From Isurus oxyrinchus (lineage: Eukaryota), in NCBI GenBank assembly GCA_026770705.1, contig JANJGN010000016.1, positions 86,862,001 to 86,926,000 on the forward strand: a stretch of DNA of 64,000 nucleotides, written 5' to 3'. A program made the position numbers and the translations under genes. The notes under the pieces were generated by a model, which ran no database searches, was not told the DNA's origin, and was given only the letters and a program-made list of their open reading frames with translations. Every line of letters starts with the position of its first letter. Within the stretch, counting starts at the first letter, position 1. Below, in pieces: positions 39,201 through 49,949 of the stretch.

Positions 39201-42200
39201 GGTTGTTTAGGGGGTGGGGTGGCAGGCAAGTGGGTGAGGGGGTAGAGTAGAGTGTCAGATAGGAGGGTGAGGCCGTAGCATGACAGACAAGTCTGTGAGG
39301 GTGTAGCATGACAGGCAAGTGGGTGAGAGGGTAGGATGGCAGGCAAGTGGGTGAGGGGGTAGTGTGACAGGTAAGTGGGTGAGGTGATAGGGTGGCAGTC
39401 AAGTGGGTGAGGGGTTAGAATGCCTGGCAAATGGTTGAGGGGTTAGTGTAGCAGGCAAGTGAGTGAGGGGATAGGGTGGCAGTCAAGTGGGTAAGGGGGT
39501 AGGTTGGCAGGCAAGTAGATGAGGGGGTAGAGTGTCAGGAAATTATGTGAGCGTATAGAGTGGGTGGCAAGTGGTTGAGAGGGTAGGGAGTCAGGCAATT
39601 GGTTTACTGGGTAGTGTGTCAGGTAATGGGTGAGAGGCAGAGTAACAGGTAAGTCTGTGAGGGGATAGATTGTCAGGTAAGTGGATGAGGGGTTAGGGTG
39701 GCACACAAGTGGGTGAGGGGGTTGAGAGTCAGGTAAGTGGTTGAGCGGTTAAGAGTCAGGCAATTGGGCGAGTGGGTAGAGTGCCAGGTGGGTGGTTGAG
39801 TGGGTAGAGTGTCAGGTAGGTGGATGCGGGGGTAGGGCGACAGGAAAATGGGTGAGGGGCTAGAGTGTCAGGTAAGTATGTGAGGTTATAGAGTATCAGG
39901 TAAGTGGGTGAGGGGTAGGGTGTCATGTAGTTGGGTGAGGGGCATGGTGACAGGTAAGTGGGTGAGAGGGTTCAGTGTAAGGCAAATGGGATAGAGAATA
40001 GAATGTCAGGTAAGTGGGTGAGGAGTTAGGGTGGCAGGCAAGTGGGTGAGGGGCGAAGGTGGCAGGCAAGCGGGTGAGGGGCTTGAGTTTCAGGTAAGTG
40101 GGTGAGGAGTTAGGGTGGCAGGCAAGTGAGTCCGGGGTGGCTGGCAAGTGGGAGAGGGGGTAATGTGTCAGGTAAGTGGGTGAGTTGGTATAGCGTCAGG
40201 TAAATGCATGAGGGGTTAGTGGGTTAGGTAAGTGGATGAGAGGGGAGGGTGACAGACAGCTTGGTGAGGGGATAGAATGTCAGGTAATTGGGTGAGGGGA
40301 TAGAATGTCAGGTAATTGGGTGAGGGGGTAGAGTGTCAGGTAAATGGGTCAGGGTTAGGTTGGCAGGCAGGTTGGTGAGGGGGTGGGTTGGCACGCAAGT
40401 GGGTGAGGGGTAGAGTGTCAGATAGGTAGGTGAGGGTGTAGTGTGGCAGGCATGTGGGCAAGGGGATAGAGTGTTGTTTAAGTGGATGAGGGAGTAGAGT
40501 GGCATGTAAGTGGATGGGGGTTTGGGTGTCAGGTAATTGGGTGAGGGGGTGGAGTGTCAGGTAAATGGGTCAGGGTTAGGTTGGCAGGCAGGTTGGTCAG
40601 GGGGTGGGGTGGCAGGAAAATGGGTGAGCGGGTAGCATAGCAGGCAAGTGGGTGAGGAGATAGGGTGGCAGGCAAGTGGGTGAGGGATAAGGCGTCAGGC
40701 AAATGAGTGAGGTGGTAGGGTGTCAGAAAGGTAGGTGAGGGGCTTGCAGGTCAGGTAAGTGGGTGAGGAGATTGGGTGGCAGGCAAGTGGGTCAGGGGGA
40801 ATTATGGCAGGCAAATAGGGGAGGGGCTAGTGTGTCAGGTAGGTGGGTGAGAGGGGAGGGTGACAGGCAAGTTGGTGAGTGGTTAGTGTGTCAGGTAATG
40901 GGGTGAGTGGGTGGAGTGTCAGGTAAATGGGTCAGGGTTAGGTTGGCAGGCAGGTTGGTGAGGGGTGGGGTGGCAGGCAAGTGGGTGAGTGTGTAGAGTA
41001 GAGTGTCAGATAGGTTGATGAGGCCGTAGCATGACAGGCAAGGTGGTGAGGGGGTAGGGTGGCAGGAAAATGGGTGAGTGGGTAGAATGTCAGGAAACTT
41101 GGTGATGGTGTAGCGTAACAGGCAAGTGGGTGAGGTGGTAGTGCGTCAGGTAAGTGGATGAGAGGGTAGAGTGTCAGGAAATTGGGTGAGGTTGTAGGGT
41201 GGGTGGCAAGTGGTTGAGAGGGTAGTGTGTCAGGAAAGTGGTTGATGGGGTAGTGTGTCAGGTAAGTGTGTGACGGGCAAGGTATCAGGTAAGTGCGTGA
41301 GGGGATAGAGTGTCAGGTAAGTGGCTGAGGGGGTAGGGTGGCATGCTAGTGGGTGAGGAGATTGGGTGGCAGGTAAGTGGGTCAGGGGGAATTATGGCAG
41401 GCAAATAGGGGAGGGGGTAGTGTGTCAGGTAGGTGGATGAGAGGGGAGGGTGACAGGCAAGTTGGTGAGTGGTTAGTGTGTCAGGTAATGGGGTGAGTGG
41501 GTGGAGTGTCAGGTAAATGGGTCAGGGTTAGGTTGTCAGGCAGGTTGGTGAGGGGTGGGGTGACAGGCAAGTGGGTGAGTGTGTAGAGTAGAGTGTCAGA
41601 TAGGTGGGTGAGGCCGTAGCATGACAGGCAAGGGGGTGAGGGGGTAGGGTAACAGGAAAATGAGTGAGTGGGTAGAGTTTCAGGAAACTGGGTGATGGTG
41701 TAGCGTGACAGGCAAGTGTGTGAGTGTGTAGAGTAGAGTGTCAGATAGGTGGGTGAGGCCGTAGCATGACAGGCAAGGAGGTGAGGGGGTAGGGTGGCAG
41801 GAAAATGGGTGAGTGGGTAGAGTGTCAGGCAACTGGGTGATGGCATAGTGTGACAGGCAAGTGGGTGAGGTGGTAGTGCGTCAGGTAAGTGGGTGAGGCG
41901 ATCGGGTGGCAGACAAGTGGGTTAGGGGTTAGAATGGCAGGCAAATGGGTGATGAGGTAGTGTAGCAGGCAAGTGAGTGAGAGGGTAGGGTTGCAGTCAA
42001 GTGGATGAGGGGGTAGAGTGTCAGGAAATTGGGTGAGGGTGTAGGGTAGGTGGCAATTGGTTGAGAGGGTAGTGTGTCAGGAAAGTTGATGGGTTACTGT
42101 GTCAGGTAAATGTGTGACGGGTAGGGTGGCAGGCATATGGGTGAGGGGGTTGAGTGTCAGGTAAGTGGGTGAGGGGATGGGGTGGCATGCTACTGGATGA

Positions 42201-45200
42201 GGGGGTTGATTGTCAGGTAAGTGGGTGAGGGGGTAGAGTGTCAGGTAAGTGGGTGATGGGGTAGAGTGTCAGGTAAGTGTGTGAGGGTGTGGAGTATCAG
42301 GCAAGTGGGTGAGCGGTTAGTGTGTCAGGCTATTGGGCGAGGGGGCAGAGTGTCAGTAAGTGGGTGAGGGGGCAGAGTGTCAGTAAGTGGGTGAGGGGAT
42401 AGGGTGGCAGGCGAGGAGGTGGTGTGGTAGGGTGTCACATAAATGGGTCAGGATTAGGGTGGCAGGCGAAAGGGTCGGGTGTCAGGCAAGTGGGCAAAGG
42501 GGTAGATTGTCAGGAACTAATATGATGGGTACTGGGTCATGTAAGTGGGTGAGGGTGGCAGGCGAGGGTGTTGAGTGTCAGGCAAGTGGGTGAGGTGGTA
42601 GGTTGGCTGGCAAGTGTGTGAGCGGGTAGGGTGCCAGTTAAGTGTGTGAGAGGGTAGGGTGCCATTTAAGTGTGTGAGAGGGTAGGGTGGCTGGTAAGTT
42701 GGCCTGGGAGTAGGGTGGCAGGCAGGTGGGTGAGTGGGTAGAGTGGCAGGAAAGAGGATGAGGGGTCAGAGTGGCAGTGAAGTGGGTGAGGGGGTAGTGT
42801 GACAGGCAAGTCGGCGAGGGGATACAATGGTGGGTAAGTGGGTGAGGGGGTAGGGTGCCATGTAAATGTGTGAGAGGGTAGGGTGGTTGGTAAGTTGGTC
42901 AGGGGGTAGGGTGGCAGGCAAGTCGCTGAGTGGGTAGAGTGGCAGGTAAGTGGATGAGGGGTCAGAGTGGCATCAAGTGGGTGAGGGGATAGATTGTCAG
43001 ATAGGTGGGTTAGTGGGTAGAGTGTCAAGCATTTAGGTGAGTGGGTAGGGTGTCAGGTCAGTGGTGGAGAGAGTAGAGTATCAGGTAAGTGGATGAGGGG
43101 TCAGAGTGGCATCAAGTGGGTGAGGGGATAGATTGTCAGATAGGTGGGTTAGTGGGTAGAGTGTCATGCATTTAGGTGAGGGGGTAGAGTGTCAGGTAAA
43201 TGAGGGAGGCAGTAGGGTGGCAGGCACATGGGTGAGGGGTTAGATTGTCAGGGAAGTGGGTGAGGGGGTAGGGTGGCAGGTGAGTGGGCGAGAGGGTAGA
43301 GTGTCAGGTAAGTGGTAAAGAGAGTAGAGTATCTGGTATGTGGGTGAGGGAATGGGGCATCAAGTGGGTGAGGTGGTAGAGTGTCAGGTAAGTGGTAGAG
43401 AGAGTAGAGTATCTGGTAAGTGGGTGAGGGAATGGGGCATCAAGTGGGTGAGGGGGTAGAGTGTCAGGTTTGTCTGCGAGGGAGTAGAGTGTCAGGTAAG
43501 TGGTGGAGAGAGTAGAGTATCTGGTATGTGGGTGAAGGGTTCAGAGTGCCAGTCAAGTGGGTGAGGGGAGAGTGTGTCAGGTTAGTGGGCGAGGGTGTAG
43601 AGTTTGTGGTAAATGAGTGAGGGAGTAGTGTGTAAAGGAAGTAGATGAGGGGGTAGAATGTCAGGTAGGTGGATGAGGGCGTGGGGCAGCAGGCAAGGGG
43701 GTGAGGGGGTAGAGTGTCAGGTAGGTGGACAAGGTGATAGAATGATGGGTAAGTGGGTGAGGGGGTAGAGTGCCAGGTAAGTGATGAGGGGTTAGGGTAG
43801 CAGGTAAGTTGGCCAGAGGGTAGGATGGCAGGCATGTGGGTTCATGGGTAGAGTGGCAGGTAATTGGGTGAGGGGTTAGAGTATCAGTTTAGTGGGTGAT
43901 GGGTTAGAGTGTCAGTTTAGTGGGTGAGGGGGTAGTGAGTCAGCTAAATGAGTGAGGGAATAGAATGGCAGTTAAGTGGGTGAGGGGGTGGAGTGTCACG
44001 AAAGTGGGTGAGGGTGTAGGGTGGCTGGCAAGTGTTTGAGGGGTAGGGTGGAAGGTAAGTGGTTGAGGGGGTATTGTGTCAGGTAAGTGCTTGAGGGGGT
44101 ACAGTATCAGGCAAGTGGGATAGAGATTAGAGTGTCAGGGAAACGGTTGAGCGATTAGGGTGGCAGGTTAGTGGGTGATGGGGTAAGGTGGCAGGCAAGA
44201 GGGTGAAGGGGGAAGGTGGCAGGCAAGAGGGTGAGGTGGTATTGTGGCAGTTAAGTGAGTAAGTGGGTAGGTTGTCAGGCAAGTAGGTGAGGGGGTAGTG
44301 GGTCACTACCTGGGTGAGGGAGGAGGGTTTCAGGCAAGTGGGTGAGGGGGTTGAGTGCCAGGTAAGTGGGTGAGGGGGTGGGGTGGCAGGCAAGTGGGCA
44401 AGGGGGTAGGGTGCCAGGTACTTGGGTGAGGGGCATGGTGTCAGGTAAGTGGGTGAGAGGGTTCAGTGTAAGGCAAGTGGGATAGGGGATAGAGTGTCAG
44501 GTAAGTGGGTGAGGGGATAGGGTGGCAGGCAAGTGGGTCAGGGGGAATTATGGCAGGCAAATAGGGGAGGGACTAGTGTGTCAGGTAGGTGGGTGAGAGG
44601 GGAGGGTGACAGGCAAGTTGGTGAGTGGTTAGTGTGTCAGGTAATGGGGTGAGTGGGTGGAGTGTCAGGTAAATGGGTCAGGGTTAGGTTGGCAGGCAGG
44701 TTGGTGAGGGGTGGGGTGGCAGGCAAGTGGGTGAGTGTGTAGAGTGGACTGTCAGATAGGTTGATGAGGCCGTAGCATGACAGGCAAGGTGGTGAGGGGG
44801 TAGGGTGGCAGGAAAATGGGTGAGTGGGTAGAATGTCAGGGAACTTGGTGATGGTGTAGCGTAACAGGCAAGTGGGTGAGGTGGTAGTGCGTCAGGTAAG
44901 TGGATGAGAGGGTAGAGTGTCAGGAAATTGGGTGAGGTTGTAGGGTGGGTGGCAAGTGGTTGAGAGGGTAGTGTGTCAGGAAAGTGGTTGATGGGGTAGT
45001 GTGTCAGGTAAGTGTGTGACGGGCAAGGTATCAGGTAAGTGCGTGAGGGGATAGAGTGTCAGGTAAGTGGCTGAGGGGGTAGGGTGGCATGCTAGTGGGT
45101 GAGAGGGTTGAGTGTCAGGTAAGTGGGTGAGGGGATAGAGTGTCAGGTAAGTGGGTGAGGGGGTAGGGTGGCATGCTAGTGGGTGAGGGGGTTGAGTGTC

Positions 45201-45700
45201 AGGTAAGTGGCTGAGGGGGTAGGGTGGCATGCTAGTGGATGAGGGGGTTGAGTGTCAGGGAAGTGGGTGAGGGGGTAGGGTGGTAGGTATGTGGCTGAGG
45301 GGGTAGGGTGGCATGCTAGTGGGTGAGGGGGTAGGGTGGCATGCTAGTGGGTGAGGGGGTAGGGTGTCAGGTAAGTGGGCGAGGGGCTAGATTGTCAGGA
45401 ACTAAGGTGAGGGGGTAGAGCGTCAGGCATTTGGTTGTGGAGGTTGGGTGCCAGTCGATTGGGTGAGGGGGTAGGGTGGCAGGGAAGTGAGCAAGGGGGT
45501 AGTGTGTCAGGTAAGTGGGTGAGGGGGTAGGGTGTCAGGAAACTGGGTAAGGGGATAGGGTGGTAGGTATGTGGGCGAGAGGATAGGGTGTCAGGTGGGG
45601 GGGTGAGTGGATAGGGTGTCAGGCAGGTGGGCTGGGGGTAGAGCATCAGGTAATTGGGCAAGTGGTTAGGGTGGCAGGTGGGCGGTGAGTGGATAGGGTG
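36231..45700. repeat. G-rich satellite 2: 28-bp monomer GTAGAGTGTCAGGTAAGTGGGTGAGGGG (variant GTAGGGTGGCAGGCAAGTGGGTGAGGGG), roughly 330 units
   Basis: Unit starts at 36231, 36259, 36287 (28-bp period). Larger internal duplications, e.g. about 40780-41340 vs 44530-45090. Confidence 0.97.
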
Positions 45701-46163
45701 GGTCAGGGCTGGGGTGTTGTTCTTGTATTTGGATGGTTCTTGGCTGCTTGGGGGGCTATTGGGGAGGTAGGGGGGAATCTGGAGGGGCATTCGGGCTGAT
45801 GTTCAGGTCGGGTGTCATTGGGATCCGGGGGTGTTCATCAGGTCAGGTGGGTAGCAGAGGGTGTTATCCCCGGTATATTTGGGGGTTGGGGGTTTTAGTT
45901 GTCTAGTTACCCAGGAGTTAGAACTGGTTTTAATCCTCCTAACGTTTCCCGGGTAACATTTCCAATCAGTAAGTTGGAATGATCGGAAGTCTCCGGGCTT
46001 CAAATCAGAGTTTCAGAGGGATCCAGGCACAGGGTAATTTCCCATCGGAAGTTCAGACTTCCTGTATAATTCCCTTGTATTCAGTGTGTAGGGAATTGCG
46101 AGGGGTTCCCCAGTGCATCTTGGCCTGTGCCTCCGGGCTACCGGAGATCGGAATTTCTGGGCC
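45701..46163. mobile_element. Putative DNA-transposon/MITE right arm ending in TIR-like GGAATTTCTGGGCC
   Basis: Reverse complement GGCCCAGAAATTCC matches the left TIR GGCCCAGATTTTCA at 11/14 positions; L2 sequence resumes immediately after. Confidence 0.45.
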
Positions 46164-46164
46164 A

Positions 46165-47640
46165 ATGGATCAGACGACCAAAAGCTTGGCCAAAGATGTT
46201 GACTTTAAGGAGTGTCTTAAAGGAGGAAAGTGAGGGAGAGAGGGGGAGAGGTGTAGGGAGGGAATTCCAGACATGGGGCCCAGGCAGCTGAAGGCAGGGC
46301 CACCAATGGTGGAGCGATTCCGATTAGGAATCCACCAGAGGCCAGGATTAGAGGAGTGCAGATATCTCAGAGGGTTGTAGGGCTGGAGGAGATTCCAGAG
46401 ATAGGGAGGGGTGAGGTAATGGAGGGAATTGAAAACAAGGATGGGAATTGAGAAATCAGGATGTTGCTTGACCAGGAAACAATGTCGGTCAGTGAGCACA
46501 GGGGTGAGAGGGGAACGGGACTCTCTGTGAGTTAGGACACGGGCAGCAGAGTTTTGGATGACCCCACGATTGCGGAGGGTAGAATGTGGGAGAGCAGCCA
46601 GGAGTGTATTGGAATAGTCACATCCAGAGGTAACCAAGGCATGGGTGAGGGCTGCAACAGCTGATGAGCTGAGACTGGGGTGAAGTTGAGCGATGTTATG
46701 GAGGTGGAAATAGGCGGTCTTAGTGATGTCACGAATATGAGGTCAGAAGCTCATCTCAGGGTCAGATGTGACCCCAAGGTTGTGAACAGACGGGTTTAAT
46801 CTCAGACTTTTACCGGGGAGAGGGATGGAGTCAGGAGTAAGAGAACAGAGTTTGGAGTGGGGACTGAAAACAATGGCTTCAGCCTTCCCAATATTTAATT
46901 GGAGGAATTCCTGTTCACTCAGTACAGGATGTGGGATAAGCAGTCTGATAATTTAGCAACAGTGGAGGAGTTGAGAGAGGTGGTGGTGAGGTAGAGCTGG
47001 GGGTCTTCAGCGTACATGTGAAAACTAACGCTATGCTTTCAGATGATGTGTCTGAGGGGCAGCATGTAGGTGAGAAATAGGAGGGGCCAAGGATCGATCC
47101 TTGGGGGACACCAGAGGGAACGGAGCAGGGACAGTTTTAGCAGATGAGAGGAGGAGCCGGGAGTGTTTGGAGTGTCCAGCCAGATCTGGCGGTGATGGAT
47201 AAACCGGTTTCAAGTCTGCCTCCCTTGGATTGAGTGAGTGGAGATGAGGGTGGTAGCAGGGGGAAGGGCCAGGGTGAGGGAGAGGAATGGTTTTATTGGG
47301 GACTAGGATATGAAAGGTGGAGGTGAGGGTGAGGTTGTGTAAATCAGTAGCTGCAGAAATGTTGTGGTGATCGGAGGGCCAGAGACCAGATCGTTGGGAT
47401 TGTGAAAGTGCAGTTGGAAGTGAATTGGGGAATAGGTTTTTCCAGGGATGGATACAGAAGGGGGTAGGGTTGGGCTGTGGAAGGGGGATGTGGGTGGGGA
47501 GTGATACAAGGAAGTGATCAGAGATGGTCTTATCTGTGATTGAAACTATGGGAGTAGCGAGACCACGTGAGATGGGAAGGTCATGGGGAGGTCGTGAATA
47601 TGGTTTGGGGAATTGTGGTTGTGATGACTTTATCCCAGCA
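46165..47640 (-). mobile_element. L2-clade LINE fragments (RT C-terminus and upstream pieces)
   Basis: ORF 46637..46170: VTSGCDYSNTLLAALP..VIQNSAARVLT..RSPLTPVL..NPLRYLHSS..IGGPAFS (L2 RT C-terminal pattern); GVPQGSILGPSYF near 47110-47075. Confidence 0.85.
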
Positions 47641-47875
47641 ATTACCAGATTCTTTTGTGTTTTTAATCTTGTAAATTCAAGAGATTTGGGATAAAACTGA
47701 TCATTTTAAAATGATTGATACTTGGCTTTGAACCAAATCTGCTGCAGATGTGTCATTGATTGACAGGCGAACCAGCCAATCAGGACAATCACTTGCTGAA
47801 AGGCAGCCAATCAGCTGATGGGGAGGTGGGACATTTCCAAAGCACTCACCAGACAGAGACTGAATATTCTTAATG

Positions 47876-47976
47876 TTTATTACCTTTTACACATTGACAT
47901 TTACAGAAAAAAGACTTGAATAAACAGCCCAGCCAGAGGGAGCTGGAGAAATTCACAGGGAGAATGGAGGTTTATT
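47876..47976 (-). terminator. Candidate polyadenylation signals of Ig kappa transcript (AATAAA at 47976-47971 and 47881-47876)
   Basis: TTTATT on + strand at both positions; the distal one is followed on the minus strand by GT-rich GTCTCTGTCTGGTGAGTG. Confidence 0.6.
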
Positions 47977-48174
47977 AAAACGCTTGTGGAGATTTTCTCC
48001 AGAACATGAGAATCCTGTCCCTTTAAACAGTGACTAAACCTTAAATTGTAACTGCAGGGTGAGCAGGAAGGGGTCTGGTTTACTGAAGCAGACACTTCGG
48101 AGGGTCACATTATTTTTGTACAGCTGACAGTCTTCAGCATCTTAGAGAGGTTTAACTTAGCATCACGAGATTAA

Positions 48175-48386
48175 ACTGTCCCAACAAACACTCCCAGGAC
48201 AGGTGCTGCAGGGGGCTAGATACAGAGTAAAGGTCCCTCTACACTGTCCCCATCAAACACTCCCAAGGCAGGTACAGCACAGGGTTAGATACAGAGTAAA
48301 GGTCCCTCTACACTGTCCCCATCAAACACTCCCAGGACAGGTACAGCACAGGGTTAGATACAGAGTAAAGATCCCTCTACACTGCA
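48175..48386. repeat. 69-bp minisatellite (TAGATACAGAGTAAAGGTCCCTCTACACTGTCCCCATCAAACACTCCCAGGACAGGTACAGCACAGGGT), about 3 copies, inside predicted 3' UTR
   Basis: TACAGAGTAA at 48221, 48290, 48359. Confidence 0.9.
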
Positions 48387-48544
48387 CCAATAACGTGCCT
48401 TAACCCCTGACCCTCAGAAGTGTCTCAGAGCCAGTCCTGAGAAGGAAGAGAGTTGTAATTTGGTGCTGACAATGACCTTTGCCCTCCCAGCTCACCCCTG
48501 TTCTATTTAAAGTTGTATCTCCTCTGTGGACTGTCTCTAACACT

Positions 48545-48873
48545 CTACGCACATTCTGATCTCCTGATGCTCTTGCTGAGGGGAGAGGAAAGACTCTCGT
48601 GGGTGACGACACAGGAGAAGCTGGCGTTGGACTCCCAGCCGGAGCCAGAGAGGGTCAGCAGGCTGCTGACACTGTAGGTGCTGTCCGAAGCTCGCAGGTA
48701 GTTGCTGGTCTGAACCCCGTCCGAAATGGCTGCACCGTCCTTCTTCCACTCCACCTTCACCTCATCGGGATAGAAGTGATTGGCAAGGCACACCAGGGTG
48801 GCAGTGCCCTTGGTCTTGACCTCCTCTGGGGAGGGGGGCAGCAGGGTCACTGTGGGTGGTGACTTCTCTCTGC
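48545..48873 (-). CDS. IGKC: Immunoglobulin light chain constant exon, shark kappa (type III/NS4-like)
   Basis: Acceptor CTTCCATTTCAG|GC (phase 1). Reads (S)REKSPPTVTLLPPSPEEVKTKGTATLVCLANHFYPDEVKVEWKKDG...DSTYSVSSLLTLS..W...FSCVVTHESLSSPLSKSIRRSECA*. C1-set Cys/Trp/Cys and penultimate interchain Cys are intact. Confidence 0.96.
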
Positions 48874-48901
48874 CTGAAATGGAAGAGGAGGAAGTTTAAT
48901 C

Positions 48902-49310
48902 AGTGTCATTATAATGTATTTCAACTTCCCGAATATTAACTGGGATCAAATCTGTGTAAATGTTTAGATGATGTCAAATTCTTATAATACATCCAGGCGA
49001 ATTCTTTTAGCCCGAATGTAACAAACCCAACAGAGAAGGGGCAGTTTTAGACAATTTCAGGGAATGAATCTGGCCAGGTGGAAGGTGTATCAGTGGGAGA
49101 GTATTTGGCTAATAGTGATCATAATTCAGTTAGATTTAGAGCAGTTATGGAAAAGGATAAAGATAGACCAAGTGTAAAAGTTATAAATTAGGGAAAGGCC
49201 AATTTATCTAAGCTGCGATTTGCCGAAATGGACAGGAAACAGCAACTTGAAGGTAAATCAGTGTCAGAGCAGTGGGAGGTTTTCATGGAGGATTAAGAAA
49301 TATTGGATGG
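48902..49310 (+). mobile_element. CR1 LINE ORF2 endonuclease-region fragment (decayed)
   Basis: FNFPNINWD..., PT-REGAVLD, GEYLANSDHNSVRFRAVMEKD motifs. Confidence 0.75.
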
Positions 49311-49399
49311 GATAAAAACAGTGCGGAATTATCCCAGATTTGCACAAAGTGCAATGGCGGGTGGGAGAAAGATCGTTTTACATCCTCTGTGGCCTTGCC

Positions 49400-49945
49400 A
49401 CTCTCAGTCTGTCCTCCAAGCAGTGTTCAACATGGAGGGGCACTGATTCATCAACTGAGGGAGGGGGTACGTGGTAATCAGGAGGAGGTTTCCTTCCCTG
49501 TGTTTGACCTGATGCCATGAGACTTCATGGTGTCCGGAGTGGATTTTGAGGATTCCCAGAGCAACTCCCCACTGACTGTATGCCACTGTGTTGCCACCTG
49601 TGCTGGGTCTGACCTGCTGGTGGGACAGGACATACCCGGGGATGGTGATGGTGGAGTCTGGGTCATTATCTGTAAGGTATGATTCTGTGAAGATGACTCT
49701 GTCAGGCTGTTGCTTGACTGGTCCGTGAGACAGTTCTCCCACGTTTGGCACTAGCCCCCAGATGTTAGTAAGGGGGACTTTGCAGGGTCAACGGGGCTGA
49801 GATTGCCGTTGTTGTTTCCGGTGCCTAGGTAGATACCGGGTGGTCAGTCCAGTTTCATTCCTTTTTTGTGACTTTGTAGAAGTTTCTTACAACTGAATGG
49901 CGGCTGGGCCACTTCAGAGGGCAGTTAAGAGGCAACACATCGCTG
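49400..49945 (-). mobile_element. LINE 5' region and APE endonuclease start (inverted)
   Basis: ORF 49751..49404: NVGELSH..VKQQPDRVIFTESYL..TITIPGYVLSHQQVRPSTGGNTVAYS. Confidence 0.8.
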
Positions 49946-49949
49946 TGTG

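Noticed and set aside
1-45700. Telomeric or CRISPR-like array
   Set aside because: No (TTAGGG)n tract, only sporadic TTAGGG in monomer variants; inter-core sequences are related G-rich variants, not unique spacers; host is a vertebrate.
36435-45790. PHPLTC/PTYLTLYP repeat ORFs
   Set aside because: Frame-rotating translations of the 28-bp satellite.
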